Source of the DNA: Eledone cirrhosa
Lineage: Eukaryota
Reading direction: 5' to 3'
NCBI GenBank assembly: GCA_964016885.1
Contig: OZ024753.1
Coordinates: forward strand, 26,908,001 to 26,972,000
Length of the DNA: 64,000 nucleotides
The number at the start of each line of letters is the position of its first letter. Positions within the stretch are counted from its first letter, which is position 1. Of the stretch, positions 1 to 12,890 are shown piece after piece. The notes below the pieces were generated by a model, which was given only the letters and a program-made list of their open reading frames with translations, was not told where the DNA came from and made no database searches. The position numbers and the translations under genes were made by a program.

Positions 1-369
1 AGCATTAGATTAGTTGGAAAATATAAAAATGAATTTGTTTAAAGATTAAATCAGCCATAAGATTTGTTGAATTTCCAGTTTAAAAAAATAACAACACAAA
101 AATACAAAAATAACATTTAACTGAAAACATGAGATGAGTAAAATTTTTATCTTCAACAAATAATCTTCTGTACTAACAGGAAACAGAATTGAGTACAAAA
201 GTAGATTTTTTTTCATTACAAAGCAGGACATATTAATAACCAAGATGAAAGACATCAAACTTCTCATATATAATAACATACTTCTTTATCCTGTGAATAA
301 ATCAACTAAATGTTTTTTTTAAATTTTTATTTTCATAAAAAAAAATTCTTTTACAATCATTTTTTTTCT

Positions 370-487
370 AAAATAGCCAGAAACAGTCCTATATGAGCTA
401 GACATGGTCACCAGACCCAACTTGCCTCTAATGGGATAAACCCGTCTAACCTATGCTAGCATGGAAAATAGACGTATGATGATGATG
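370..487 (+). mobile_element. RTE-LINE/SINE 3' terminal fragment
   Basis: Ends in ...cctatgctagcatggaaaatagacgtatgatgatgatg, the same terminus and (GAT)n tail as the RTE copies at 38998, 47942 and 55089. Confidence 0.75.
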
Positions 488-625
488 TATGACTGACTGG
501 GACGGTGTATTTGTTAAACAATTGTTTTTACAGCCCTTCTGCTGCTAACCATTCAATTGGAAACTGGACAAACTTATTTTTGTTTCAGTCAGCCATACTA
601 CATTTAGCAAACAGTAAGTATTATA

Positions 626-779
626 GATGGCGAATTGACAGTCGTTAGAACATTGAATAGAATGCTTTATGGTATTCACTCTGGCTCTCTGCTCTCGTCA
701 ACTTTGCTGAGGTCAACTTTGCCTTTCATTCTTTCGAGGTTGATAAAAAAAGTACCAGTCTAGTACTGGGGTCGATTCT
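626..779 (+). mobile_element. tRNA-derived SINE, family B (degenerate)
   Basis: Central domain gtcaactttgcctttcattctttcgaggttgataaaaaaagtaccagt matches the SINE-B copies at 8518-8711 and 44133-44321. Confidence 0.7.
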
Positions 780-2397
780 TCCTCTATGTCTCTTTCTCAT
801 TTCCTCTCTCTCATTTTCTATCTTTCTCTGAAAGAAATCTGCTGTACTCAGACCTGGAGAGGGATGGGCTCCACCAGGCTTAAAATGCCCAAGAAACGTT
901 GTATGTCAATACGGCACCCCTACAACTTCATCAGGAGTTACAGGACCATGCATACTATAATATATATGTAGTTAATGTCATAATATATAAAATACATTGT
1001 TTCAGATCAGGAATGATTTTTGTTGTATTATTATCTCCATACTAGTATGCCCATGTCATCAATAATAACAACAATAGCATTGAACATATTTAATTTTTGG
1101 AGATCAGGATTGTTATGCCACATATTCCAAGATTAATAGATCATACAATCATACAAACTGGGAAATTAGTGTTTTGATAAAATTATTGTTTTTATGAGAG
1201 AAACCCTATAGTTTATGTTGATTATTAACATGTGAAAGTGATCAAAGATAAGAATATTTTGATAATGTCTAAAGAACAGATGAACCCAATGACTATTTAC
1301 CTTTAGTGCACATAGCCATAAAAATACAGGAGATAGTGAATGAGCACATTGTAAGATTAGTTTGGGGTGTTGGACCTCTAGTTATTGTCATTGAAATTGC
1401 TCATTCAAAATCTAGTTTGCATTTACTGTATAGGACCAGTTTAGGAGTAATGGGCCCCTGGTTATTGTTCAATTTAGCTTAACATTTAAGAAAATAACAA
1501 AGCTAGGAAAACAATTTAAGATAGCATATAATCTGTTTATCTAATCAATCTTTGTTTAGGTCAGCCACATATCTCAGTTGTTGTACAGATTTAACAAATA
1601 CAGTTAAAACAAAACAGTAGCTACCAAGTTTAATGACTGTAAATGCTTTATCTGAATTAATTGATAACAATAGAGTAAATCATAAAAACATGATCGTTTC
1701 TTGGGCAAAATTCCAAATTGTATAAAGTGTGGCGATTAGTTCATTATACCTATAGTTGTTTTTGGTTGGAATAAAAGTGCTATTTTGATTACTTCTAATA
1801 TGTCAACTTGTTTAAACAAGCTATCAAAAGAAGTCTTTACACGGTTAATTGACTTGTTAGAAATAGCAGTCAAATCTCTCTAAAATATCACCTTGTACAA
1901 TATTTCTGAATACAAGCCAAAACAGTTACAGATTTGAGCAGAGGTTTGTTCAATTAGGGTTGAGTTGGAGTGAAACAAAAGTAACCAAAAAATGTTTATT
2001 AAAGTTCTATTTCATATACCTTATCAATTAATCGTTCTAAAACTCCATACTTTTTACATTATTGGTATAATGTGAAAATAAAACATAAAAAATAAGGCCT
2101 GGATATAATTGGTTAAAAAGAAAAAAGAATTGTCTGTTGGCCATTGACAAAGTAGTAAAATAATATACCCAGCCCACACTGTTTAATATTTGTCTGTTAT
2201 TAAATTGAAAGTAAGTTATTTGGTTAAGCCTCTCATAATTGTTTTATGTTGTGATAATTAAAACACAACGGCGGTATATTTTTGTAAGCAATATGGTCAG
2301 AAAATAGCTAAGATGGTAGAGGCAGATTTGGTTGTTATTCATGGCAGATTGAACAACCATATACATTGGCTCTAAAATAATGTCATAATTGTTTAAA

Positions 2398-2664
2398 ATA
2401 CCCAGCACACACTGTAAAGTGGTCGTGTAGGCATTATGACAAAAAGCACCCAGGCCATGCTTTAAGATGGTCATGTAGATGCCACGACTAAAAGCACCCA
2501 GCCCACACAGTAAAGTGGTCTTGTAGGACATCCAGCCATAAAAATCTAGCTAGAAACAGTTCTATGCGAGTAAGACAAGGTCATCTGACCCTACTTACTT
2601 CTAATGGGACAACTCGTCTAACAGATGCTAGCATGGAAAATGGACGTTAAACGATGATGATGAT
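2398..2664 (+). mobile_element. RTE 3'UTR fragment with three ~41-bp subrepeats and (GAT)n tail
   Basis: Repeated aaagcacccagcccacactgtaaagtggtcgtgtagg unit, then ...gctagcatggaaaatggacgttaaacgatgatgatgatg. Confidence 0.8.
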
Positions 2665-2875
2665 GTGAGCGTTTATTCACATGTAAGGAAACAGCATCAT
2701 ATTACCAAAATATGGTCTCTTCCAAATTGTCATAGTGGATTTAATAAGAATTAACAGGCAATGGTGTAAAATAAGTTTTGCTACAAATTGTTTTAAGCAT
2801 GGTTCATGTTTTTATAACAATGAAAGCAATTACTATGCACAGCAGAAAAAACAGATTTTGAATGATGATGATGGT

Positions 2876-2915
<40 letters not shown>

Positions 2916-3084
2916 ATATATATACATATTATACACACAATAATTGCTTACATTGGTAAATAATTGGCAATAGTGTAATTAGTTTTTCATGCATTTTTAA
3001 CTGAAAACGTGGTTTTTGATCTCAGCTGTATTGGGCACTTATATGCTTTTGTACCTCAAAGTAAGCAATTACTATATATATGTA

Positions 3085-3135
3085 TACTACATATACTCGA
3101 ATATAAGTTGATTCAAATATAAGATGACCCCTATT
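3085..3135 (+). mobile_element. Possible Tc1/mariner (pogo/Tigger-like) terminus remnant
   Basis: tactacatatactcgaatataag...aatataagatgacccc resembles TA-flanked Tigger-type ends; partner TIR not found. Confidence 0.35.
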
Positions 3136-4017
3136 TTATGTCAGAGAATTCCAAACCCCGTTTATAGGCTGAGGCAGTCAACACATTATGGCGTGATTTT
3201 TGAAATTCTCATGAGTGGAGAAAATATTTACAAAGTTTTAATATTTTAATATCTAATGTTTTATGTTGTTTAAAATATAGCTTTTGTTTCACAAACCCAC
3301 AACCTACAAAATACCGAAGTGAAATGACAACCCCCTAACACATTTTTAGAAAATTTTATTTCTTTATTATTAAAAAATAAAAAAGAATGAGAAAATTCTA
3401 AATTAATATAATATAAAGAAATGGAAATATATTTTCAGTTTAAGGAATTATAAAAAAAAAAAAAAAACTTTTTTTAACTGTTATGTTAAAAACACTAGGG
3501 GGAGATTTAAAATGGATAGGGAATAGTTGAAAGTGATCAGCTAAGAGGACACTGTATAAGGATTCAGGAGGAAAAGACAGCAAGGGGAGAGGGAGGGAGA
3601 GCAAATGAAAACAAGATTGAAAGAAAAAGTATAATTAAGTCACAGAGAAAAACAGTGCACGTGTATGTGTGCGTTTACATGTAGGGGATATTTATATATT
3701 AAAAAGTTCAAATAATAAATGTTCTGAGGGCAATGCATAAATGAAAGTTACGACGATATAGCAAATGTAGAAAAACAGTGTTTCATTGTGAAATAATCAC
3801 TTGGTTTTTGTTTTTTTTTACCAATTTCCGACTGCTTTGAAGGCCATATTCATCCAAAACATATCAAGAATAATAGGAATTAGGAATTTAAAGTTGAGAG
3901 TGAAACTAGTGAAATGAGTGTTATATAAGCAACCCCCTTTTTTTTACCATCAATTTTTTTTTTTCATAATTAGTCACTCATTGGTACAAGTACATACAGT
4001 GTGTATCTATCTATCTG

Positions 4018-4052
<35 letters not shown>

Positions 4053-4605
4053 GGTGGCTGCCAACTCGTTTTCGAGTACGGCTACTACTTTATATCCATG
4101 TAGGAGAACCCCTACCGATGCGCTGAACGAGTGTGACTTTTTAGTCCAGCTAGCGACTTGAAAACTCTGGTACAAACACTACACTTGTGACAATTATTGA
4201 CACATAGTGCTGGGCCCATGGTACCATGTGACGACAAGTGCAGAGAGATCTCCAGATATAAAGCAATGCCTGTGCCGTGAAGCTTTCATGGTCGGGTCGT
4301 TGGCGACTAAACTGGCAACCCCACCAAGGTTTCTCGGTGAGGAGGGTGACTTTGGACATCCTGCAGGACTAAAAACAAAACCTGTCAAAGGGCAAAGGAG
4401 CTCTTAAGAGTCAATGGCCATCCAAAATCACTGGGAGAGATGACCCCTTGGCCTTTGTCAAGGCAGAATTCTAGGAGAAGGAAAACTCTGATATAACACC
4501 TGCAACTCTGATGGTATCCAATGATGTTGTCATGTTCTTCTTTTTGGTAAATATCATCTTGGTTAAGAGAGTGGGACTGGCTTTGTGCAGTGCCTTTGCT
4601 CACTA
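4053..4605 (+). mobile_element. GC-richer insert in (TA)n, probable RTE-clade 5'UTR fragment
   Basis: Flanked by TA/CA microsatellite; contains tctaggagaaggaaaactctgat, a motif I recall from RTE-clade 5'UTRs; no long ORF. Confidence 0.4.
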
Positions 4606-5707
4606 TATATATACACACATACATACATACACAAACGCATACATTATAACTCATATATCAAGGACTCTGCCAAAGTGGTGTATGGTAGCTTTTTACAGAC
4701 AAGAGAAACTATTTTATGAACAGGTAGTTGAGATAATTACAGAGAAAATGTTGAGGAGGGTTAACAGAGAAAGATAGACAAGAGAGAGACAGAATCTTTA
4801 TGTGGACCAGCCAAGGCTATATCAACAAAAAGAAAAAAGGGAATCTTAAACATGATGATGAATCATTGAAAAAAAAAAAAAAAGGAGATAGAGGACAGAG
4901 ATAGAATACAAATTAACCCCTACCATCACCAGTATAATAATGCCAGAAATGAATTATATCTTAAAAATAGAGTATAAACATAGTAGAAGATAAAGTTACC
5001 CAATTCTTAAATCTATATTAATCTTACTCTGTATACATACTAGAATTCATTAATAGCATTGCCTTCTCCTCAATTTGAACTAACCAGTCATTTTGTTCTA
5101 ACATACTAATGTTTTGTTTTCTCACACATTAACCTTTAAAATATACTTGCTATATATTAAGCTACTCTTCCAGTTCTTTGAACATGACTCTTTAATAGTA
5201 CAACTTATTCGGTGAAAGACACCAATTTAGCAAATCTGTGTCCTTAAACTATTTCTCTCAAACCACCACCATCATCATTAAACTGTTAAATTAGTCATCT
5301 AGTTCATGAAAACAAGATTGCAAATGAAGTTCTCACAAACAATAAGTTCGGCTTTTTTGAGGGACAGAAAATAATTTGTTTGACCAAGTAGCTTTTAGTT
5401 ATGTATATATGACTTTCAATTAGCAATAACTATACCTCCCATAACTCATTGGTTATGGTGCCACCTCTATACAAAAGTTTCACAAAGTATGTACAATGTT
5501 AAACAAGCCAATTGTTAGAGAAATTATGTGGTTAGAAACATCATATTGAGTAGTTCAATGGGACATTGTGCTAGTGAAAAGACTAACAAACAGGGGAAGA
5601 GAAATGAGAAAATGCAATGGTTTTATTTCTCCCAATAGAGAAGTAGTTCTGACTTTTTGATGATTATGATGATGATGATAGATAATAAGATCATCATTGT
5701 GCAAATG

Positions 5708-5920
5708 AATAACAATAAGGGTTTCTGATTTAGGCACAAGGCCAGCAATTTTGGAGGAAGGAAAAGTTGATTAAATTGATCCCAGTTACTGGTATTTTAT
5801 TTTACCAACCCTGTAAGAATGAAAGGCAAAGCTAACCTCAGCGGAATTTGAACTCAGAACGTAAAGGGTTGTAACTCTATGCCACAAAGCATTCCGATGT
5901 TCTACTGATTCTACCTATCC
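5708..5920 (-). mobile_element. SINE family B
   Basis: Minus-strand B box (gagttcaaattcc), central domain, and tail ttgctggccttgtgcctaaatcagaaacc with (TTA)-like end. Confidence 0.8.
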
Positions 5921-6024
5921 AATAATAATAATAATGGTTTCATTTATTGGCCACAAGGGCCAATATATAGGGGACAATACAATAGACGGGGACAGTTGGG
6001 GTTTACATATAAAACGTGTATATA

Positions 6025-6235
6025 AATAATTGTTTCTACTTAGGCACAAGGCCAGCAATTTGAAGGAGAGGGGAAAGTCGATAAAATTGACCCCAGTACG
6101 TTACTGGTGCTTTATTTTGTCAACCCTGTAAGAATGAAAGGCAAAGCTAACCTCAGTGGGATTTGAACTCAGAACATAAAGGGCCGTAACTAAATACTGC
6201 AAAGCATTTTGTCCGATGCTCTACTGATTCGGCCA
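6025..6235 (-). mobile_element. SINE family B
   Basis: Second copy, homologous to 5708-5920. Confidence 0.8.
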
Positions 6236-6602
6236 AAATAATAATAAATACTTAAATATAACATTCAAAAGAAAGACAAATAATGTTATAATTGAAGATT
6301 TTTTCAAATAATGTATCAGCAGGATGACTTCATAATTCTACTCTTGATTTGTAAACCACAGCAATAACTGAAACTAAACAGTGACAATATCTGGGAATTG
6401 TAAATCAAAACATGACATACAAAGACAATAAATAAAAGTATACTTGCACCAAATGACATAGAATGATTCATAGACAAACAATTGGATTTTTGTGTAATAT
6501 ACAGTGACAGGCAGATAACCTATTGATTACTTTAAGTGGTAGACATAAGCAGTTCAATATTTATATAGTTAACTTTCAGAAAAATAGATTAACAGATATA
6601 TA

Positions 6603-6796
6603 CATTTAAACCAGCCTTATCTAGTTAGAATTCTCTCACATCTTTCTGTTCAAACTGGCTGCTCATACCAACGTTAAGGTATTGTTCTCAAAATAAATAA
6701 CATCAAAATATCATAGATTCGATATTATGTAAGATAAAGCCTTTACCACAAAAATACAATAGTAAATATAGAGTAATGTAAATGCTAAAGGGTTAA
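6603..6796. mobile_element. piggyBac-type MITE (left end lost)
   Basis: Right end taaatgctaaaggg-TTAA; body homologous to 25951-26167. Confidence 0.75.
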
Positions 6797-7124
6797 CAGA
6801 TATATAAAAAATTAGCCTGTACAAAAGCATTCTAAATTCAGCCAGTAAATTATTCGAAAAATCATCTAATTGTGCAGGAATCTATATTTATAAAATGTCA
6901 TTATAGAATCTTTTTTTTAATGTCCATGACATGAAAAACTGAAAATATATGTAATTAAAATGCTTGAGGCATTAATTAAAAACTTCTTACATAAAATTAT
7001 GATGGCAGGTTTTAATATTAAACACTTTAAAACAAACAGTTATGTATCATAGAACCAGGGGTAGTTTCAGGTGGGTAACTAAAAAATCAGAATAGGGTGC
7101 AATATTGTCAAATTAGAGTATATC

Positions 7125-7495
7125 ATCACCATTATCACCATTTAATGTATATTTTTCCATGTTTGTGTGGGTAAGACAAGTTTGGCCAGTTGGTCATGCT
7201 GTAACTGTATATTGGTTGGCTTTTTTACAGCTGGATGCCCTTCCTAACACTAACCATGTACATCATCATTATCGTTTAACGTCCACTTTCTACGCTAGCA
7301 TGGGTTAGAGAGGTTGTCCCATTTGAGGGAAGTTGGGTCAGGTAACTGTGACTTACTCATATAGAAATGTTTCTGGGAAAATTTCTACAGTCGGATGCCC
7401 TTCCTAATGCCAACAACATTTACAGTGTGGGCTGGGTGCTTTTTGTCGTGACTCCTACACGACCACTTTACAGTGTGGGCTGGGTGCTTTTTGTA
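7125..7495 (-). mobile_element. Two adjacent RTE 3'-end fragments
   Basis: (CAT)n tails, ttctacagctggatgcccttcctaa motif and two ~41-bp subrepeats. Confidence 0.75.
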
Positions 7496-8229
7496 GATAT
7501 ATGAAATAACTGAATGTATAAGAAAATCATTTATATTGTAAGAAACAATTAGTAAAAGAATATTAATAAGAATTATATGTAATAAAGTTACAAAATCATA
7601 TCACAGACAATTAATAATTACTGGAGAAAGTTATTTGACCGAAATATTTATGGACAAATTTAATTTGAAGCACTTAAGCATTTACTTGTAGTAGTTATTA
7701 GTCTCCATTAGATTAAACTTAAGTTCAATATGCAAGCTAGAAAATAGTTTTGTAAAGTTGGAGTAAGATAAGAATAAGTTCAATTGAGGCAATATATATA
7801 GCAGAACTTGATCTTCTGGGGTTTAAGAGTTTAGCAAGTCACCATGATTGAAGTGTTTTAGCCTGGATAAGGATCTTAATAGAATGAACAAAAGTATATT
7901 GTATAGGATAGGTGTTTGTATCTCAAAAGATTATCACAGATTAAACTACTGGCAGTAAAACAGTAGAAATAACAAAAACATATCTAAGAAAAAAAAGGGG
8001 TGACATTATCTTTGACAGGTACTCAATAAGTAAGCGCAGTCAGTACTATTCTGTACAGAAGGTAACTAAGGTGCATGAAAATTTGTACTCATTGGCTTTT
8101 TCCTATACAAACAATATCACCTCAATAAATTATTGATATTTCCATTCTAGACAGAGGATTTATGATCTTGTTAAAATAAAAAGAAAATAATAATAAAAAT
8201 ATTAACACAAATACTGATAATAATAGTAA

Positions 8230-8517
8230 CAATAATAATAACAATTTCTAAGACAGGCAGAAGGTCACAAACTTAAGGAGGGGCCAGTCAATTAAATCAA
8301 CACCAAAATTGAACAGAACTTTATTTTATTGACCCTGGAAGAATGAAATGCAATGTTGACTATGGCAGGATTTGAACTCAGAATGTAAAGGCCATAACTA
8401 AAAACTGCAATATTTAGTTATGGCTATAATAGAAAATACTTGTCCTAAGCGCCACAGAATAGGATTGAACCTCAAATTACATGGTTGTGAAGTAAACTTC
8501 TAAAACACACAGACATG
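8230..8517 (-). mobile_element. Old SINE-B copy followed by head of another tRNA-derived SINE
   Basis: ggatttgaactcagaatgtaaag (8368-8390) and ggattgaacc...ggttgtgaagtaaacttctaaaacacacagacatg (head). Confidence 0.55.
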
Positions 8518-8711
8518 TAATAATTGTTTCTACTTTTGGCACAAGGCCAGCAATTACCCAGTGTATTACTGGTACTTTATTTTATCGACCCCGTAAGGAT
8601 GAAAGGCAAAGTTAACCTCGGCGGGATTTGAACTCAGAATGTAAAGGGCCGTAACTCTATGCGTCAAAGCATGGCGTCCGACCCTTTACCGATACTGCCA
8701 ATCCACCGCCC
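8518..8711 (-). mobile_element. SINE family B, young full-length copy
   Basis: Minus strand: gggcggtggaTTGGCAGTATCGG (A box), GAGTTCAAATCC (B box), tail; flanked by agacatgtaataat duplication (8511 and 8714). Confidence 0.9.
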
Positions 8712-8719
8712 TAGACATG

Positions 8720-8901
8720 TAATAATAATAATTGTTTCTACTTTTGGCACAAGGCCAGCAACTACCCAGTGCATTACTGGTACTTTATTTCATCAACCCC
8801 GTAAGGATGAAAGGCAAAGTTAACCTCGGCGGGATTTGAACTCAGAATGTAAAGAGCCGTAACTCTATGCGTCAAAGCATGGCGTCCGACCCTTTACCGA
8901 T
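8720..8901 (-). mobile_element. SINE family B, tandem second copy lacking the extreme 5' end
   Basis: Near-identical to 8518-8711. Confidence 0.85.
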
Positions 8902-9477
8902 TAATAATAATAATAATTTCTTAAGAGTTAGAAAGGGTTGAAATATTTTTTTATTTTTTAATAGTTAGGAGGAAGGGGCAGTACACATGACCTTTGCAGG
9001 GCCACAAGCTTGAACATTTTAAAATTGACATCTGCAGGATAATATATGTAGGGTAGGGAGGATTGGTAAGACACAATAGCAGTGAAAAGAGGAAGAGGAA
9101 GGGTGCTAGGCATAAAGTGCAAGATGTAAAATAACCAACTGATTTCTTTCTGGTAATGACTTTTAAGGTCAGATTGACAGTTTACAGAAGTAAGCAATGA
9201 ATAAGCATGGGTGGAGGATTGAATGAGTTTTAAATGGTTCATGTGATTCTTAACTTTTCAGCTCAGTAATATACTGGTGATGACTAATGGAAATATGCCT
9301 AAACTGTTTGATGCCAAACTACCTGAAAACTGTCCCTGGTTCTACGATACAAAACTATTTATTTGAACCTAATAGCATAGTTAGACCATTACTCAATGAA
9401 GTACTTGATACTTGAGATACTGTTGAAACGACAAAAGCTCAGCCATCAGGTTCCAACACTCTATAATATATATTATA

Positions 9478-9690
9478 CAAGGTGTTTCAAAACATTTAAT
9501 ATCATTTGAGATGTAAATATCCCAGAAACTACAAGAAACTAGAACAACGAGACTAAGCAGGCTTCATGTTGAGTAACACAAGATTTATTCCTCAAAACAT
9601 GTCCACGTTATAACATTAATTCACAATATATATTTCAATGTAACAACCTTGGGAACAGGCCATTGATATCAAATTTTTTGAAACACCCTG
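9478..9690. mobile_element. Tc1/mariner-type MITE
   Basis: TA-CAAGGTGTTTCAAAA ... TTTTGAAACACCCTG-TA terminal inverted repeats. Confidence 0.8.
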
Positions 9691-9744
9691 TATATATATA
9701 TCATCATCATCATTTTATATATATATATATACACACATAAGGGT

Positions 9745-9989
9745 GAGAGCAGTGATTCTTTGCTGAAACTTTAATCTCTACTTATATTCTAAATATTTGC
9801 TCTATGGATTTATATATATAGATCAGACAATATGTCAGTATGATCAACCCTCTGAAACGATCGTAAAACAATGATATGAATAGGTAAAATAACTCAACTT
9901 TGTTGTTATTATTTTCTTTGTTATATATATATATATATAATCCTTATCGAGCCCTCTTCAGATTTTAATCTTCATATTTATTATTACTA

Positions 9990-9990
<1 letters not shown>
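9745..9990. repeat. Unclassified (TA)n-associated repeat family
   Basis: gcagtgattctttgctgaaactttaatc and ccttatcgagccctcttcagattttaatcttc motifs recur at 14960, 37251, 55093 and 56851-57091. Confidence 0.6.
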
Positions 9991-10037
<47 letters not shown>

Positions 10038-10624
10038 TACATACATGTGTATATGCTTACAAAAAACAATATTTTACACACCTGAGTTATGTAGAAATTA
10101 ATAAGTGGATATGAGCATTGTGAAACAAGTTACCACAACAACAATAATTCAAAATTTCCACAACTCACAGGTGGCCTGAATCTATTCTTTTCACACCTGT
10201 TTATCTAGCTAGCTTCCTTTCACAACTCTAACAATATTTATAGAGTTTTAAAAACAAATTAAATTTGAGATATTACATGGTTATTTAAACAAAATGAAAA
10301 AAAATACCATAAAATGAAAAATTATGATTATGTAGCAGAAACTATATATAAAAAGGGGTGGTGTCATCTGGCAAGAATATTCACAAAATATGGAACAAGA
10401 ACAAATTATATTTCATCCATACAAAGTTAACTTGAGTTTATATAAATATTATAATTTTATATCTGCTTTTTCATGCTGAAATGGATTGGATGGGTCTTTT
10501 ACAGATCAAGGCAGTAGTTAACCAGGGCTTCTATCCTTCTAGGCAGGCTGGGCGCCACACCTCAATTTCATACATTCCAGTTTTGGCATGATTTCTACAG
10601 CTGGGTGCCTTTCCTAACACCTAT

Positions 10625-10717
10625 GAGTGTATGATTGCCAAAGAGACTAAGGATATGAAAGTAGGGAAGGCAGCTGGATCATCAGCTATAGTGACTGAGA
10701 TGCTAAAACATCTGGCA
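10625..10717 (+). pseudogene. RTE RT N-terminal fragment
   Basis: Translates MIAKETKDMKVGKAAGSSAIVTEMLK, the GKAxGP-type motif preceding RT domain 1. Confidence 0.65.
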
Positions 10718-11140
10718 TGGTAGGTTATGACTGAAAGAATACGAGTGTGAATACAAGTGGCTGAAATGGTGTTCCTCCAGAAGGGTCTTTGGAGTAAAGT
10801 TACACAATACAGTGCATAGCTTGGAGGACAGAGAGTTGCTCCTGGTAGAGCTGCTGTTTCTCTGAATTGAGAGTTCACAGCTCCGATACTATGGGCATGC
10901 GGTTAGAATGTCTCAGGAAAGAATCACTGGACAGATTTTACAAGCAAAACCAACTGCTAAGAGAGTCAGAGGTAGATCCCAAGGAAGATGGCTGGATAAG
11001 ATTCATGAGCTTGGCTGGTCTCGCTTGGGGATCCAGCTGGATCAATAGGAGACGGTTGCTTCTGACAGGACCCACTGGAAGGAGTGTTTGGGGACTCTGG
11101 CCCCAAGACCCTCTCAGGAATAAGTGGGAGAAGAAGAAGG
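10718..11140 (+). mobile_element. Rex3/Expander-like RTE 3' fragment with (AAG)n tail
   Basis: Degenerate frames read VMTERIRV*IQVAEMVFLQK and IESSQLRYYGHAVRMSQER...RGRSQGRWLDKIHELGWSRLGI...LAPRPSQE*, then gagaagaagaag. Confidence 0.75.
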
Positions 11141-11458
11141 GGCACTACTGATGCCCTTTTCCTTGTGAGACAATCCTAGGAAAAGTACTTAGTTAAGAAT
11201 AAATCTCTGTACCTGGCATTTGTGGATATGGGGAAGGCCTTTGACAGAGTTCCCTGCTCTGTAATCTGGTGGGCACTAAAGAAACTAAACATAGACAAAT
11301 GGCTTGTGAGGGTCTTGTATAGCAGTGCAACCAGCAAAATGAGGGTTGGAAATGAGTACAGTGATGAATCTGAAGTGCAAGTGGGGATACTCAGTCTGCT
11401 TCTGTTTATAATTGTTCTCCAGGCCACAACAGAGGAGTTTAAGACTGGTTGTCCATAA
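11141..11458 (+). pseudogene. RTE reverse transcriptase fragment
   Basis: GTTDALFLVRQS*EKYLVKNKSLYLAFVDMGKAFDRVPCSVIWWALKKL...FKTGCP, homologous to 53423-53730. Confidence 0.85.
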
Positions 11459-12024
11459 TTATATTATTGAGGGAACTAAATATTTGAGATGGATTTTACC
11501 ATATTTAGTAGGTGTGTAGCATTATTCAAGCACAGTCAGAATATACATACTCCTGAAAACTACTCTCCATATATATACACCGACATGTATGTATAACACT
11601 TGTAATTCAAACTTGGGAGGAATACAATCATGAAGATAGGATGAACTAATACAGTGAATGACTAAGTGAAAAAATTCAGACATACACACACAATGATCAC
11701 TCTTTTATACACATTGTTGTCACTTGATAATTTCATAAATACAACCATTTTAATTTTACAGGTTAGTGAATAGCTGTGGCGTATAGTGACAATAGTCAGA
11801 CAGATTGGTTAAAAGTAATAAAAGCGCACAAAAGTCATATAAATACAGGTGTGGTTGACTGCAGTAGACAAACAACTATTACTAGTCCTTCCTTACTCTT
11901 TTAATCCCAGTTCTCTTGTTAATCGGCAAAGATTAGGTCAGACGAGTCATTGAAAAGACTACATTTTAGTTTTAAACAGGAATCATCATGAATAATGCAT
12001 AGGAATTCATCAAATAACACACTA

Positions 12025-12190
12025 CTAACCTCCACCCCCACACCACCAACAACACATACACACACTCCACCACAACCAACAACACACACATACATACAAC
12101 CAGCACCAAGAACACATACACCACCATCCATACACCAACAATACACACACTACCACCACCAAGAACAACACCAATACACCAACAACAAGA
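12025..12190. repeat. CA-rich low-complexity repeat
   Basis: caccaccaacaacacacacatacac-type degenerate units. Confidence 0.8.
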
Positions 12191-12524
12191 CACACGTTGC
12201 TGGAGGAATTTTATATACATATGTACATATATAAATTATATACATATACATATGTATATAGAGCCAGATACAAATGTAAAAGCTAGGCCAGCTTAGCAGG
12301 CCTTTTACAGTGCCTATACATCTACTATACATCTATAGAAAATACGAGAGGAACAAAACAAGGGAGAAAGAGAGATTCAATGAACCTTCTATTGGCAACA
12401 ACACATGACATCTTGAATATAAATTGTGCCAGTATTTTGTGGAAAAAGTGTCACCGTATATGTACAGTAATGATCTTCATGGGAAGAAAATCTATGATAC
12501 ATGGTGGGGCATTTGGGAGAGAAT

Positions 12525-12890
12525 TAATGAGTGGTAGAGAGTGAGGAGAGAGAGAGAGAGGGCAAGAGAGAGAGAGAGAGAGAGAGGGCAAGAGAGAAGA
12601 GAGAGAGGGCAAGAGAGAAGAGAGAGAGAGCAAGAGAAGAGAGATGGAGTGAATGAGTGATAGAGAGTAAGTGAGTAGAGGAAGAGAGAGGGAGAGAAAG
12701 ATCAAAAGGGAGAGAGTAGAAGGAGGGAGGGAAAGAGCAAAAGAAGGGAGAGAGTAGAAGGAGGAAGTGAGTGATTGAGAGCAGTGAGTAGAGGAAGAGG
12801 GAGAGGGCAAGAGAGGGAGAAGGCAAAAGAGAAAAGAGGGAGTAGAGGCAAAAGAGAAAAGAGGGAGTAGAGGGAAGAATGAATGAGCAA
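12525..12890. repeat. GA-rich polypurine tract
   Basis: (GA)n with gggcaagagagaagagagaga subunits. Confidence 0.9.

Noticed and set aside
890-940. Minus-strand CTGATGA followed by a hairpin
   Set aside because: The hairpin is followed by GTTT rather than GAAA.
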